64,000 nucleotides of DNA from Schizochytrium sp. TIO01 (Eukaryota > Protista > Bigyra: Labyrinthulomycetes): positions 2,914,001-2,978,000 of the forward strand of contig SMSO01000032.1 of NCBI GenBank assembly GCA_004764695.1, read 5' to 3'. The first letter of the stretch is position 1. Each line of letters begins with the position of its first letter. A program made the translations under genes and the position numbers. Below, piece by piece: positions 10,335 through 22,800 of the stretch. The notes under the pieces were generated by a model. It ran no database searches. It was not told the origin of the DNA and saw only the letters and a program-made list of their open reading frames with translations.

Positions 10335-13293
10335 CTTAACGTGTGCAAGTTCCTCAAATTATAATGCAGCGCAGCGAACGGTGTTTGGCCAAGGACAGCA
10401 GACTCCGCAAGTGTAGGTGCCAACTAATCGTCAATTGCAAGTGAACCCGGCTGGCTGATCAAAATCACTCAAGTCATCGAAATCACTTCACTTTCTTTTT
10501 CTTCTACCCTACTACCTATTAGTGCCTACCATATTCCCCTAATCAGAAGGTAGCTAGCTTTACCTATTAGGTACTTAGCAGCAGGTAGTAGTAGATGTTT
10601 AATTTCCATTTATTCATTCATTCATTCATTCAATAATCACTCGCCCCTCCCCAGGTCTGGTGAGAACTGCACGAAGGGCAGCTCCTCCTTGCCTGCAGAA
10701 CTTCCTAAGGGCTCCCTAGTGCCCTGCGAAAGAACAGAAGTGGAACAGCCAAGAGAACTGTTAGGGTTAATGAGCGAACAGAAAGAAACAAAACTCAATG
10801 CACAGGCGATGACTGACTTCCAACTCACCAAAGTCAAAAGGAGAGCGCCGAATCGATGATCCAACAGGAACAGACAAGCGGCGAATGACTTCTCCGACAG
10901 TGCCGCTACTGTTCAGAACGTATGAGTCTTTGGGGTCACGAAGCGACGTCGATGGGCCCTCAATGTGATGGATGGTGTTGGTGAAGGATGCCCTCGTTGA
11001 TGGATGGTTTTTATCCATTGTTATAATGTTTAATTAAGACACTCTTCCAAGTTTTCTTCTTCTTTGTGCGCTTCTTTTATGATGGTCGTGATTTTGTATG
11101 TATTTATTACTTCTATTCTTGTTTGTTAATTTTAATATTTCAGTTCTGAAAAAAAAGAAAAAGAAAAAGAAAAAGAGAGAATGTTTATTTTTAATTACCT
11201 AATATAAAAGTTTTACTCTAGAGGAGCTCATCGAAACTCTTTCAGGATCTTTGCATGAAGAAGTTAGAGCTTAGCCGGAGATTTGTAAGGAAGTCAATAG
11301 CGATGTGGTGAACCCGCTTTCCTCCAAAAAATGCACATAAATACAAATGGTGACACTCGGGAGACATATTACGACATTTTCATCGCAGATGTCACATCAA
11401 TAAACACTCGAATCTCTTGAGACCATTTGGATTAACAGTAATAGTTTAAGTGCGTAAGTCAAATGTGGTGGTCTTCAAGCTCTCACGAAATTCGTCGCCT
11501 AAAGAATGCGAACTTCCGCAGTCAGTCAACAACGCTGTATTATCGTGTAGTGGAAAGCAAACCTCGTGCAAATTTCTTTCCGCAATCCTTTTCAATTATC
11601 CACCGTGTACTTAAGTAATCTGTAAAAATTCCTTGTTTTGGATGTTGTAATCAATGAAGATTTCCTCTGTCTAGGTATTATTGCGTACTTTTCAAGATCG
11701 TTTTTCTCTAGTAGGTTATCTATCTACAACCCGCTCGAACCTAGCACAATCTCTTATCCCTCACAAAGTATCGGAGAATATCTCAAGTTTTGCTCTCCCA
11801 CTCTTCTTTGCTGCATGTTCAATCAATGGAAACGATGTAGCTACTTTGAGGGAAATCTTACGTAGGTATATTTTTAATTTGTCTTTAATGTAATTAAACA
11901 CTTTTAATTGCTTCATAAAACAAGCAAAAGTACATATATGGCTTGTTTACCTTTAAGAGTACCTTTTAAAATAATATTAATAATAATAAAAGCAACCAAT
12001 GACTATGGTGATTATCAAATATAAGTTATTATTTAATTTAAAATAAAATAATAAAATAAAATAAAAATTAAAAAAGAGGAGGAAAAAAGTACAGAATCCA
12101 AGTGGAATGTGCGGATGAAACGTAACCTCCTGCGAACAAGATGAATCAAAAGAGGAGGCCAAAACATCGTCGAAGACCTTGGCGGAGACGTTGGCCAGCC
12201 TTAAACTAAAGTTCGCCTTCAGTATTAATTCTTCGGTCACTCCTTCCATGGTCCTCTGAAACTACATCATAAAAGAACAATAACAACTATATCCAAGACA
12301 AACAATTTAGCCTCAACTTATAATGGTACCTACAAAGCCTAGTATATTTACTAGATAATGCTAACGCTACCTAGCAACTAAAAAATTTGCGCATCCCTCC
12401 GGAAATGGCGCGAACACGTTTGCGCTAACAAAGCCTGTCAGTGCTGTGGCGTACCTTCGCTCTTTGCCAGCGAGCAGCAGTTTTCTCTTGGCAGGACGCC
12501 CGAAAGGCAGCGCCAGCTCGAAGCTGCAGATCCAAGTGGAGATTTCGATGGTACAGACAGTTACCCTAAGCATTGCGGGAGAATCGATCACTCGGAATGT
12601 GGACTGTGATGACGATGTTCATGGAAAGCCGCTGTTTCACACAGGTACTTACGTCATAGAAATTAGTCCAATACAATAAAATAAAATAAAAATGTTTCAT
12701 TGTTTTTTTCCATAACCATAACTAAAACTACAAAAGCGAGGTTCCTGCGACAGGTGAAGAAGCGCTACCAATTTGATTCCGAAGCCGGAGACCGTGCAGG
12801 GTCCATGGACAATCGGCAGAAGCCGGCGCAGCTGGGCCGGCCGCCGACCCCAGCAAAGGGACGGTCTTGAAGAAAGTTATCGCGTGAGGCCGCTCCCTCT
12901 GCCCAGGAAGGTCTGAGCGGAGTTGAACTAACTTCAAGATGAGCCAAGATGAGCCAAGAAGACCCTCCCTCTTCAAGAAGAGCCAAGAAGAGCCAAGAAG
13001 TGCGCTGCTCTCGTCAGAAACAGAGCTTCTCACGTGTTTGTTTGTGAGGTAAAGTCAACCGTTGGCGTTTATCTGTTTTCACAACGGTGGTTTTTCATGA
13101 GTGCTCGCCTTTGAGGATGGTACTGGTGGAGATCTTGGTGATCGATCACCCATAGCGATGGTGGAGGGATGTCATCGACAACATCGCCTCGAGCACGGTG
13201 TGCAGGCTGCGAGTGCCTGGGTGTGTGTCTAAGGGTGATCATGACCGTGATGATGGATCGCTGGTTCCTGTGATTATTTGGAGAACGTCTGTG

Positions 13294-13348
13294 TTCATTC
13301 ATTCATTCATTCATTCATTCATTCATTCATTCATTCATTCATTCATTC
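13294..13348. repeat. (TTCA)n microsatellite
   Basis: Perfect tetranucleotide run. Confidence 0.95.
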
Positions 13349-13590
13349 GTGAGTTACAAATGGGTGGATGATGCTGGAGCGACCTCAGTGCGCTCTCGAT
13401 GGAATGGTTAGCTGAAGGGAGAGCGGAGTTATCCTAGTCAGGCATGGAGTGGCGCAAGGACGTGGCGAAATTCGTGTGGCCAGTTGACTTGTAGAAGATG
13501 GTGATAGGGGCTCGAGAGGAGCACGGGAGTCTCGAAGTACTTTGCAGGAGTCAATTAGTTATTTCGTTAGTCAGTTAGGCATTTACCTAA

Positions 13591-13644
<54 letters not shown>
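13591..13644. repeat. (TTAG)n microsatellite
   Basis: Perfect tetranucleotide run. Confidence 0.95.
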
Positions 13645-14881
13645 CATAATGACTTTTAATTAAAAATGCAATGAAGCCTCTTTAGAGGCACCACGATCGT
13701 GAGCTATGATGTGCAGTGTACAACTTGAAGCTCGGGTCGATGGCGGTTTGGAAAAGGGGATCCAGTCTGACGATGCAGACCACTGCCAAGGCAATGTTTT
13801 GGACTCCTAAGAAGTAAAACTGTAGCGCGAATCTACACGGAATCTTGGGGATAGCCAACGTGGTATATTTAGGTAGCACTAGCAGCGGTAGAAACTCAGA
13901 GAACCTGAAAGACACGGGGTATTAGATTTGAGCTTGGTTCTGCAAAGCGAGGAAACAAGGAAATGAAGGTGCACTTATGATAGTAGAAACTGGTCTAGCT
14001 AGCTGGCTTTGTGCAAAACGCGAAATGTAATAACAGATGAGAACAACACTTAGATTCATATCCCGCTATCCTGATTCTTCCAACCAAGCAAGCAAGTAAT
14101 TAATTCCACAAACGAGCAAACACCGCATTTATCTTCTCGTCTATAACCATAACTCTATATCTAACCTTGGAGTGCCTACCTGTACCTGTCTACCAAGGTA
14201 CTTACTTCCATCTCTCTGCTCAACAACAACAAATCTTGTGCTTGTTCAAGCACCGAGCAAGCGTTGAGCGACTCCAGTTGCTGATATGGAACGAGCATTT
14301 CGACCTTCTGAAGGGAAACTCATGCAGTAACTCAACTTGAATGAGCCGGAATCAGACCGTCTCCGCAAACTCTGAATGTTGGAGAGATGCATCAACGTCT
14401 CGCTAATGAAATACGTGTTCATGCAACGAAACAACGAAACATGTAGAATATTGGCAAGATTTTGATTGAGGCAACTGTGAGGTCTCGGAAAGCAGGTGAA
14501 GCATTGATTGATTGCAAGGATACGTGGTTGAGAGGGGAATATGTAATAGGTTTCGTTTGGTTGGATGGTTGATATGTAAGTAAAGTAATGCAGTGTTGGA
14601 CGGAAACGCATCTCCCGCAAGGAGCTTACGCAAGCGTGCACAGAGGGAGGTGTGTCGCTGCCCGTTGTGAGTGTGCGCACAGTCACAAGCACAGACCAAA
14701 GACAGAAAGCCGTGGCGGCAGCAGCGGCTTCGGAAGTGAAATTGCGTCTTGAGGGTTTTTTTTAATGAGGACGGTTCTTGTCAGTGATGGAGGTCCTCAA
14801 TGATGTCATCGCTATCCTGAAGTGGACGAGGTGTTGTAGGATGAAACGTAGTACGTGCAGCATTCTACACACAACAACGAA

Positions 14882-17107
14882 CTAGATTTCACCATTGAGG
14901 ATGCCGTGGCGAATCTCGGCAAAGTTCTTATTCATACGGTAGAGATTGTGTACTGAAAGCAACACCGCAGCAGTTGGCTCGTAGGCCTTGAGGAGGTGGT
15001 GAATGTAACCCGCCATGTAGTTGCGGCAAGTTGGGCAGTCGCAGCCCTCCATCAGGGGTCCCTTATCCAGAGCATTCACGTTGCGCCGCATCTGACGAGG
15101 CGGCTCGCCCATGTTCTGCAATGCACCGCCATGACGAGCCAAGCGGGTCGGATATGAGGAGTCAAATGTATCACCACCCAAAGGGACTGCGCGAGTAATT
15201 GACTGCATGTCACCGATACCAAGGATGTGGTTTGGTTTATCCTCGGGAAGCTGCGGCAGGACAAAGCTGAGCAGGTCAATCATTTCGTCTCGCGTCCGGC
15301 CCAGAGAGCCTCTGTAAAGTTCAAAGCACGATTTGTGTTTATTCCCCCAAGTTTTGCGATATCAATGATGGTTTTGATGCATTGATGGAAGAAAGGCATC
15401 AAAAGTTAGTTAGTTTTCCACGCTTCAGCAAAATCAAGTGCGAACATCTTCAATCTAAAATTCTGGGCCACAGAATATCTAACTTCTGTCTTGACTTGTG
15501 ATGAAAAGATAATGATACCTGTGTACTTAGATCTTTCAAGAGAGTTGAATGGTCCATTCATCATCAACTAGACCAACAAGAAGAATAACAAGAGGAATTT
15601 AATAACGTACCCAACTGCGTGACCATCAAACTCCATTGCAGTGAGAGTATCGATGGACCTTTGTCGAAGCTCTCGGTCAGTGCCACCATGGATCACACTG
15701 TACATTGCCTGGTTTTGCTTGTTCTCAAGATGCCTTGCAAGACTGCGAGCCTCCCAGCGGTGGGTAATCTCGAAAGCGCTCAAGACTTGCTCAGGCTTCG
15801 CGTTGAACGGTAATAAGTAATCTAGAGGAATAATGATATCAGCACCGAGAGCCTTTTGTGCGTCAACAGAGGATTCGGGCGTCAACGTGACGATCTTTCC
15901 ATCACGATACGAACGAAAGGTGGCACCCTCCTCGTCGACCTTGAGAACAGTGCTCGGTCGAACTTTCTGACCTGCACCCTTGAGACCCACCTCTTTGTTA
16001 AGATTCAAGGCGCCTGCCTCCATGGAGAAGATCTGAAAGCCGCCACTATCGGCTACGCGAAAATTAAAAAAAACAAATCGTGAATACAGCAGGGATGTTA
16101 GTCATGTATGAACCAGCATCAGACATGCCATCGAAGTGTGTACAGGAAGTAGTGTGACAAAAGCCCTGCAAAGTATGCATTGTCTACCGCCACACCATCG
16201 ATCTAAGCCTCCTCCTCTTATGCCAAGAACAATAAGAATAAGATGGAGGGAGACTACGTTGTAATGAGGAGACAGGAAAGAGATTTAATAACGTACTAAT
16301 GAGAGCGCCCTTGCGGTTCATGAACTTGTGAAGACCGCCCATATCGCGCACTGTTTCTGCACCAGGGTGCAGCATAAGGTGGTATGTGTTGCAAAAGATG
16401 AGCTCGCAGCCGATGTGGTCTGCCGTCTTGGTATCGACAGCCTTGAGGGATGCATTGGTGGCCACTGGCACGAAACCAGGCGTGTGGATAACGCCATGGG
16501 GGGTTTCAATAATACCCACACGCGCTCTGTATATTCCAAGACAAAGCGATCAAATCAATAGAATGAACGTGACGTTGTCAGACCGCCAGCAAATCGTTGT
16601 GGCCATGATTAGATCATGCACAGTAAAAGCCCATCCATGGCGAGAACCCGTTCAAAATCGCGCCATTTGAGCCAATGTGCCAGCATTCATTGAAGCACAT
16701 ATCACAATTATTCAAGATTTCAGTCGATCGAAATTTGACATGCATCCGAATGAAAGCAAGTTTGCAAACAGCCATGGAGAAGAAGAAGAAAAAGGCATGG
16801 GTTTGTCCGTCCAGCATGATTTGTCCACATGAGGTTCATTTACATAATTCGTTGACAATTTTCGTCAGTCATCACAAGCTGCTCCAATCCAATCGCTCCC
16901 CTGTTTCATTATCTCTAACACACATCGCATCCATAAACGGCATCGCCATCAGCAGCAGGGCCACCACCGCCACCTTTATTGTTGTCCTGAGGACATCGAT
17001 GCCAATCATCATCATCATCCCTTCATCCCTGATCAAAACCTTCGCCGAGAGACTTACCTCGAGTGCTTGCTCTGCTTGAGGACCCTGAACCTCAGTGGCA
17101 CCGGCAT
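14882..17107 (-). CDS. tgt: Queuine tRNA-ribosyltransferase (TGT), bacterial/Chlamydia-type, 383 aa; exons 17107-17058, 16526-16297, 16052-15611, 15311-14882
   Basis: Three GT-AG introns join the exons in phase (1152 nt): MPVPLRFRVLKQSKHSRARVGIIETPHG...CNTYHL...TDSGGFQIFS...GADIIIPLD...VIHGG...AVGGSLG...HILGIG...FDSSYPTR...CDCPTC...HN. Catalytic aspartates and Zn ligands are present. Confidence 0.93.
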
Positions 17108-17659
17108 CGTGCCGCAGCCCTCGCTCCTCCGCTGCCTCCGCCACCGCTACAACAGCGTCTGACTGCCTGACTGTCTGACTGTCTGACGACTGACTGACTG
17201 ACCCAGTGAGTCCTGCTGAAGGCAGTTCCCAAGGCAGCGAGGCAAGGCCTCTTGTCTGTCCGAGCCAGTCTCCAGCTGCCTCGAAGCCGTTCCTTCGCGA
17301 GGCAGAGCGTGGCCCGATGGATGCCTTTGCTCGTGCTTTGCTTGCTTGGCCTGCGGAGCGAGCAGCTTCGAGCCTTGCTTGCTTGCTTGGAGGGAGGGAG
17401 GGAGTGCTCCCAGAAAAGCCTCGCCGCGAAGACGCCTTGTGCTTTGCGCGTCTCCAGCGGCAAGTGCGGCAAAGCGGCCTCACAGTAGGGCAAACGGAGG
17501 CTACAGTAGAACAAAATCCGCCGCAAGTGCAGCAAATCCGGCGCGCACAGTAGACTATAGCCCCAGCGCGAGGTCTTCACCGCAAGGGTGCGCGTGCTAG
17601 GCGGGCGCCTAGCTGGGAGCTAGGAGTCCGGAAAAGGAGAAGAAAAGAAAAGATGAAGT

Positions 17660-17812
17660 TATTCTTTTCTCTTTCTTGAAAGTTTCTTTTCTTTTCTTTT
17701 TTTGTTCTTACTTTTCTCAGGCTTTTCTTTTTCTTTTTCTTTTTCTTTCTGTTTTTCTTTTTCTTTTTCTTTCTCTTTTTCTTTCTCTTTCTCTTTTTCT
17801 TTTTCTTCTTCG
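17660..17812. repeat. Polypyrimidine (TTTTTC/TCTTTC)n low-complexity tract
   Basis: Hexamer-period T/C tract that produces spurious (FS)n and (KE)n ORFs. Confidence 0.9.
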
Positions 17813-19869
17813 TGCTCTTGCTTTTCTGTTCCTTTCATTTCGCACCAAGGAGCTCGACCTCGCTTTGGGGTGTATTTGCTTACAGACTGCTTCGCTTGGG
17901 CTGGAGGCTGGGGAAGTTGCGAGGCTGCGAGCAGCATGGCAATTGCTTTCTTCCATACATCAGTGGTGACGTCCTTTGGTTTCCCTTTGGTTTCCTTGAG
18001 CCCGTGGCAGATTGAAGTTCATGGAAGTTGACGAAGAACTTCGCAGAACTTGTAGCTCATCGCAAGCAAGCAAGCAAGCAAGCAATAGTTTAGCTACAGA
18101 ACTTAGGTGCTGGAGATACTAGGCCAACAGGTGCTTTGATATCGACCCTCAAATGACTTGTGAAGGAGCAAGAACTGGATCGAGCTCGGACTTGCAAAAT
18201 ATACCTAGGTAGGGAGGGGCCTATTGAACTTGAAGCTGGGTTCTTGTCTCGAAGTATTACTGCTACTGCAATGACAGCTATTGTGTAATTTCTCTCGTAC
18301 GTAGTGCTTTGCATTTGCATTTGGGGATCGAAATTCGGCTTTATTAAAAATGAAACAAAACTATCGCGTTCAAGATGGTTATGCAGAATGGAGAATATGG
18401 ACCATGAGTTCCGTTCCTAGCTAGTATCACCGCTGTGGAAGTGGAAAGAACAGAAGCTTCACAGAAAAGGGGAAATGAGCTCAGGCTATCACGAATGAAG
18501 ATTTCATGCTGGAGGGATAAGATGAGACCAGTCATTCTTCGCTTCAAACCTCGAAGCACCCTCACTAGATAGAGGCAACTCCTCTAAATCTCTAAAGCGT
18601 GAGTACAAACTCGATACAAACTAATCACTGGCCTTGAAGTTAGATAATTTATATGGTACCAGCTTGGTACACGCGAATATTACTTTGTTTTTATTCTAAA
18701 AATTAAAACTCAAGTTGGTTTCCTTTCATGCTCATGAAAAATCATACTAGGTTGGTTGTCTACTGATACCTTGATTTAATTTTGCTGTGCAAGCAGATCT
18801 ATAGATGCCCCGCGCATCGTCTATACTGACACTGCGTATTGATGCGACCATTGGAAAATAGGCTGCCGTGAAATGCATACGTGTGCTAATACCTGGAGAA
18901 GTAGAACCAGAACTCGTCCAAATGTAATGGGGAAGTGCAAGCCGTGAATTGCAATCTACCACTCCATTTCTCACTGGCACCGCATGCATTCCCACCTTTG
19001 CATGCTCAGATATAACCGAACAGATCCTGGCGTTTATAGAATGGTGCGCTACTGTTGTTGACTCATCTGAGGATTCGCAAGCATAACTGTTCTTAAATTG
19101 CCTCCCTTTCATAGTGTAAAGGCATTGGCAAGTGCCAAAGTGATCGCATCTAATATACTAAGAAGCCATTTCGATGTCAGTTACCTCTGATCGTTTCGTC
19201 TAATTACTGGATCTGGCAAGAGCCTCATCTGTTCTGTCTGTTGCTTCACCTAGTTTTCAACCACAACCTAACTCAAGCTCGCCTAGGGTCTGGACGCTCG
19301 TCAATTTTCACAGCAACGTCTTGTATTTAACCGCAACATTCGTCTATTTGATCCAATTGTTGCACAGCATCCTCAGAGGCTTGTAGACTTAATTCTGCTC
19401 CAGAAGAACTTCAAGACGGCCTTGGCAAATTGAAAGATCATCAGCTGCCACTCCTACCACAATCTATAAGCCCCCCTAACACTCTGGGCTTCCTTCGCCA
19501 TGTCAAACTTCGCATACTAATACACATAACTGAGGATATCCCATTGATAATGGTGATTATCTTCGCAACGCAAAGAAAACGAAGCCATTGAAGCGTCATT
19601 CAATTCCATTCGTTCGCTCGCTCGCTCGCTCGACGGATCGGTCCTGCACCCCCGTCGAAGAGCGTGAGCGTGAAGACGAACCATTAAGCTAAATTCTGGC
19701 GGGCGAGCACCTCTGGTCTCCGCCAACCCTGTTCGTCGCTTCCCCTACCTCTCGTTCTGAGCGTCGTTGGCTTCTCCTTCGAGCTCATCTCGAGCTCGTC
19801 TCGAGCTTGTCTCGAGCTTTGCTGCAGCGCTGACCTACTCTGCCTGTGTATTGGGAGATCCTTGGCGGC

Positions 19870-22800
19870 ATGGCGGGCCGTGACGGCGATGCGGCGGCCT
19901 CGGAGGTATCCGGTGACGCTGGCGTTACGAGCAGCAGTCTGCATGTTCGACTGAGCCTGACTACGCGTCTTGACGTGGTCCCCTTTGTGCTGCTCTACGC
20001 GGTGCTCCTCGGCGTCATGGTGCAAAACGAAGTGCTTTGGGACCTTATATCTGCCGCTTCGGGCCTTGGAGACCACGCAAACGACACTTCTACCGCAGCC
20101 TCGAAGATACTTTCTAGTTCGAATTTACTCTCGGATGTCGATTTGAACAAGGCAAATCAGGAGACAATTTTAGCTGCAGTTTCAAAGAAAGTCAACGAAG
20201 CTTTGAATGAAGAGGGTAATGGTCTTCAAGAGAATGTGGATCTTGACGTTAGATGGTCTGAATGGGAGCTGATTGCGTGGGCGCTGGCTGTTGTTGTAGC
20301 GGTGTTCTCACACGCGATGGCACTCTTAGGAGGGTTTTGGTCGGTAACTTTGCGGAGGTCTCTCAGGTACAGACCAGCAAGGAGTATTGACGAGGCAGAA
20401 GTCATATGCGTAATACCTGCAGAGCACTGTGGAACCCCAGCAATATGTAAACTTCACAAACGAAGGCAAATGAGAAGCGAAAACAGAGATGCCAAGAGCA
20501 ACGGAAACGCAGAGGCTAGTAGTTCTAAAAGAGGTCGATCATCATCGTCATCGTCAGCAGCGAGTAATGGAAAACTACACGGCACTGGTGGTCAGCCACC
20601 TAAAATTGTGTCTCTTGAAATGAGTGACTGTTGGTTTGAGTTCCAACGTAAACGCTTTGGACTCGTAGGATCTGTGGAGGATGCTGCGCGATCCGGGGTT
20701 TGCAAATTTGAAGTCCTTGACTTTCCTGACCGTAGAACTATTCATGAGTACCTGAGCTGGCCAGGCCACGAGTCGGAGCATGATCGCCTCGTAGCACGTG
20801 AAAAGTGGGGTAGAAACGAATTCGATATTCCGCTCCCACCCCTCCAAGACCTCTTTATCGAGAATGCTCTCTCTCCATTCTTCCTTTTCCAGGTTCTTTG
20901 CGTCGCGCTCTGGTGTCTTGATGAATATTGGTACTACTCCGTATTTACATTGTTTATGCTTATCCTTTTTGAACTAACTGTCTGTAAACAGAGGCAACAA
21001 AATCTTGGTATCCTGCGTGGGATGCGCCATCCGCCATACCCTGTGTGGGTATATAGGGCTAAGCAGTGGACTCGAGCGCTAAGCACGGATCTTGTCCCTG
21101 GCGATATTGCTTCACTCGTGAGACCCACTAACATGTTCCGCCAACTCCCAGATGGCTCTCGCATTGCTGAAGATGATGAAAATATTCTCGTCCCCTGCGA
21201 CTTTCTCCTTTTGCGTGGGTCATGTGTAGTCAACGAGGCAATGCTAACTGGAGAGTCAGTACCGAAAATGAAGGAATCGCTTCTTGCAATTGCACATGGC
21301 AACCGTGGAAGTGACAAGTCAACCGTAATCGACACTACGAATCACGAAGATTTTGCGAACAATGTCGTGCTTGGAGGCACCCGTGTTATTCAGCATTCGG
21401 CTGAAGTTCTCGATCCTATTGACAAAGAGAAGGCAGTTGGTCTTATCCCGCTGCCGCCTGACGGTGGCTGCCTTGCTATTGTTCTACGCACAGGATTTTA
21501 CACTAGCCAAGGATCCCTCATGCGCACTATTCTCTTCAGCACTGAGCATGTCACTGTTGGTGATAAGGATACCTTCTTTTTCATCCTAGGACTTTTGGTG
21601 TTTGCTGTTTTAGCTTCCGCGTATGTTCTAATCGAAGGCCTTAAGGATGATGCTCGCTCACGCTGGAAACTTTTCTTGCACTGCATTATGATTATCACAT
21701 CTGTTGTGCCCCCAGAATTGCCAATGGAGTTGTCTCTAGCAGTTAACACTTCTCTATCCCGACTCTATCGCCTGGCTATCTTTTGCACTGAACCGTACCG
21801 CATTCCTTTTGCTGGGCGCCTCGATGTGTGCTGTTTTGACAAGACCGGCACTCTCACAAGTGATGCATACTTTGTTAAGGGTATTGCAAACAAACACTCC
21901 CTGGAAACGTTTGATATTGAAAACAAAGATCTGCCTAAACTCACACCAGCAACTGAAGCCCGCAACGAAGAGTCCACATATGTTATTGCAGGCTGCCATC
22001 AGCTTGTGCGACTTCAAGACAAAGTTGAGGGTGACCCTATGGAGCAAGCTGCTGTGCGCGCCATTCGCTGGGCTATGACTCGCGATGGTCGTATGATTAT
22101 GCGCGGCCCGAGTCACGAGTCTTCAAAGCGTAGCCAGATCCGTATCTTACACAGACATCCATTTTCCTCCACGTTGAAGCGTATGAGTTCCTGTATTGCC
22201 GTTGATACGCTCGATCCCCTGAAGCGCGCAAAAATCACAAAACTTATGGTAGTATGCAAGGGCGCGCCCGAAGTCATGGAAGATTTTCTCGAAATAGTAC
22301 CAAACCACTACAGGGAGTCGTACCAGGCGCTTATGATGGCGGGTGGACGCGTGCTCACTCTCGCTTACAAAGAGTTGTCCGAAAGGGTTTCTGAGCATTC
22401 TGCGTCAACACTCTCACGTGTCGAGTGCGAGTCGCGCCTTATTTTCGCTGGTCTACTGGTTCTGGATTGCCCACTTAAGGATGATACGCTGGATGCTGTG
22501 AATCAGCTTCGTGAATCACGCCATAGAGTTGTAATGATTACAGGAGATAACGCCCTCACCGCATGTGATGTGGCCCGTCAACTGAACATGGTTAGTGAGA
22601 ACCACGACGAAATTCTTCTGCTTTCTAGTGACCTGGAGTGGAATTCTATTGATCCAAGCTCTGAACCTCCTGATGATGCAGTCCGCAAGTTTGATCGTGG
22701 TCATAGCGCTGCAGTACTCGAGGAGCATGAGCGCAAGTATCTCGTAGTCACGGGAGCAGCTATCGATGCCATGGAGGAGGAGCTGGGGGGCTCCAACTCT

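Noticed and set aside
11221-11550. LRR-like fragment LESLETIWINSNSL in a stop-interrupted plus-strand frame
   Set aside because: A single repeat among several stops, which could be chance.
12932-13000. 30-bp duplicated unit built of GAGCCAAGA(T/A) repeats
   Set aside because: A short local slippage repeat with no further supporting structure.
13591-13644. (TTAG)n as an interstitial telomere
   Set aside because: A 4-bp unit that recurs elsewhere in the window as an ordinary microsatellite.
14766-14799. Hairpin TGAGGAC/GTCCTCA downstream of TGT as a possible SECIS element
   Set aside because: No apical AA motif in the right position and no in-frame UGA in the neighbouring gene.
15312-15610. 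Possible C/D snoRNA in TGT intron 3 (TGATGA ... CTGA on the minus strand)
   Set aside because: No terminal stem and no recognisable rRNA-antisense element, and the boxes are expected by chance.
16872-17600. ORFs of 100-200 aa around the TGT start
   Set aside because: They span the GC-rich promoter/5' UTR with simple repeats and run into intron 1. Only the 50-nt first exon is supported.
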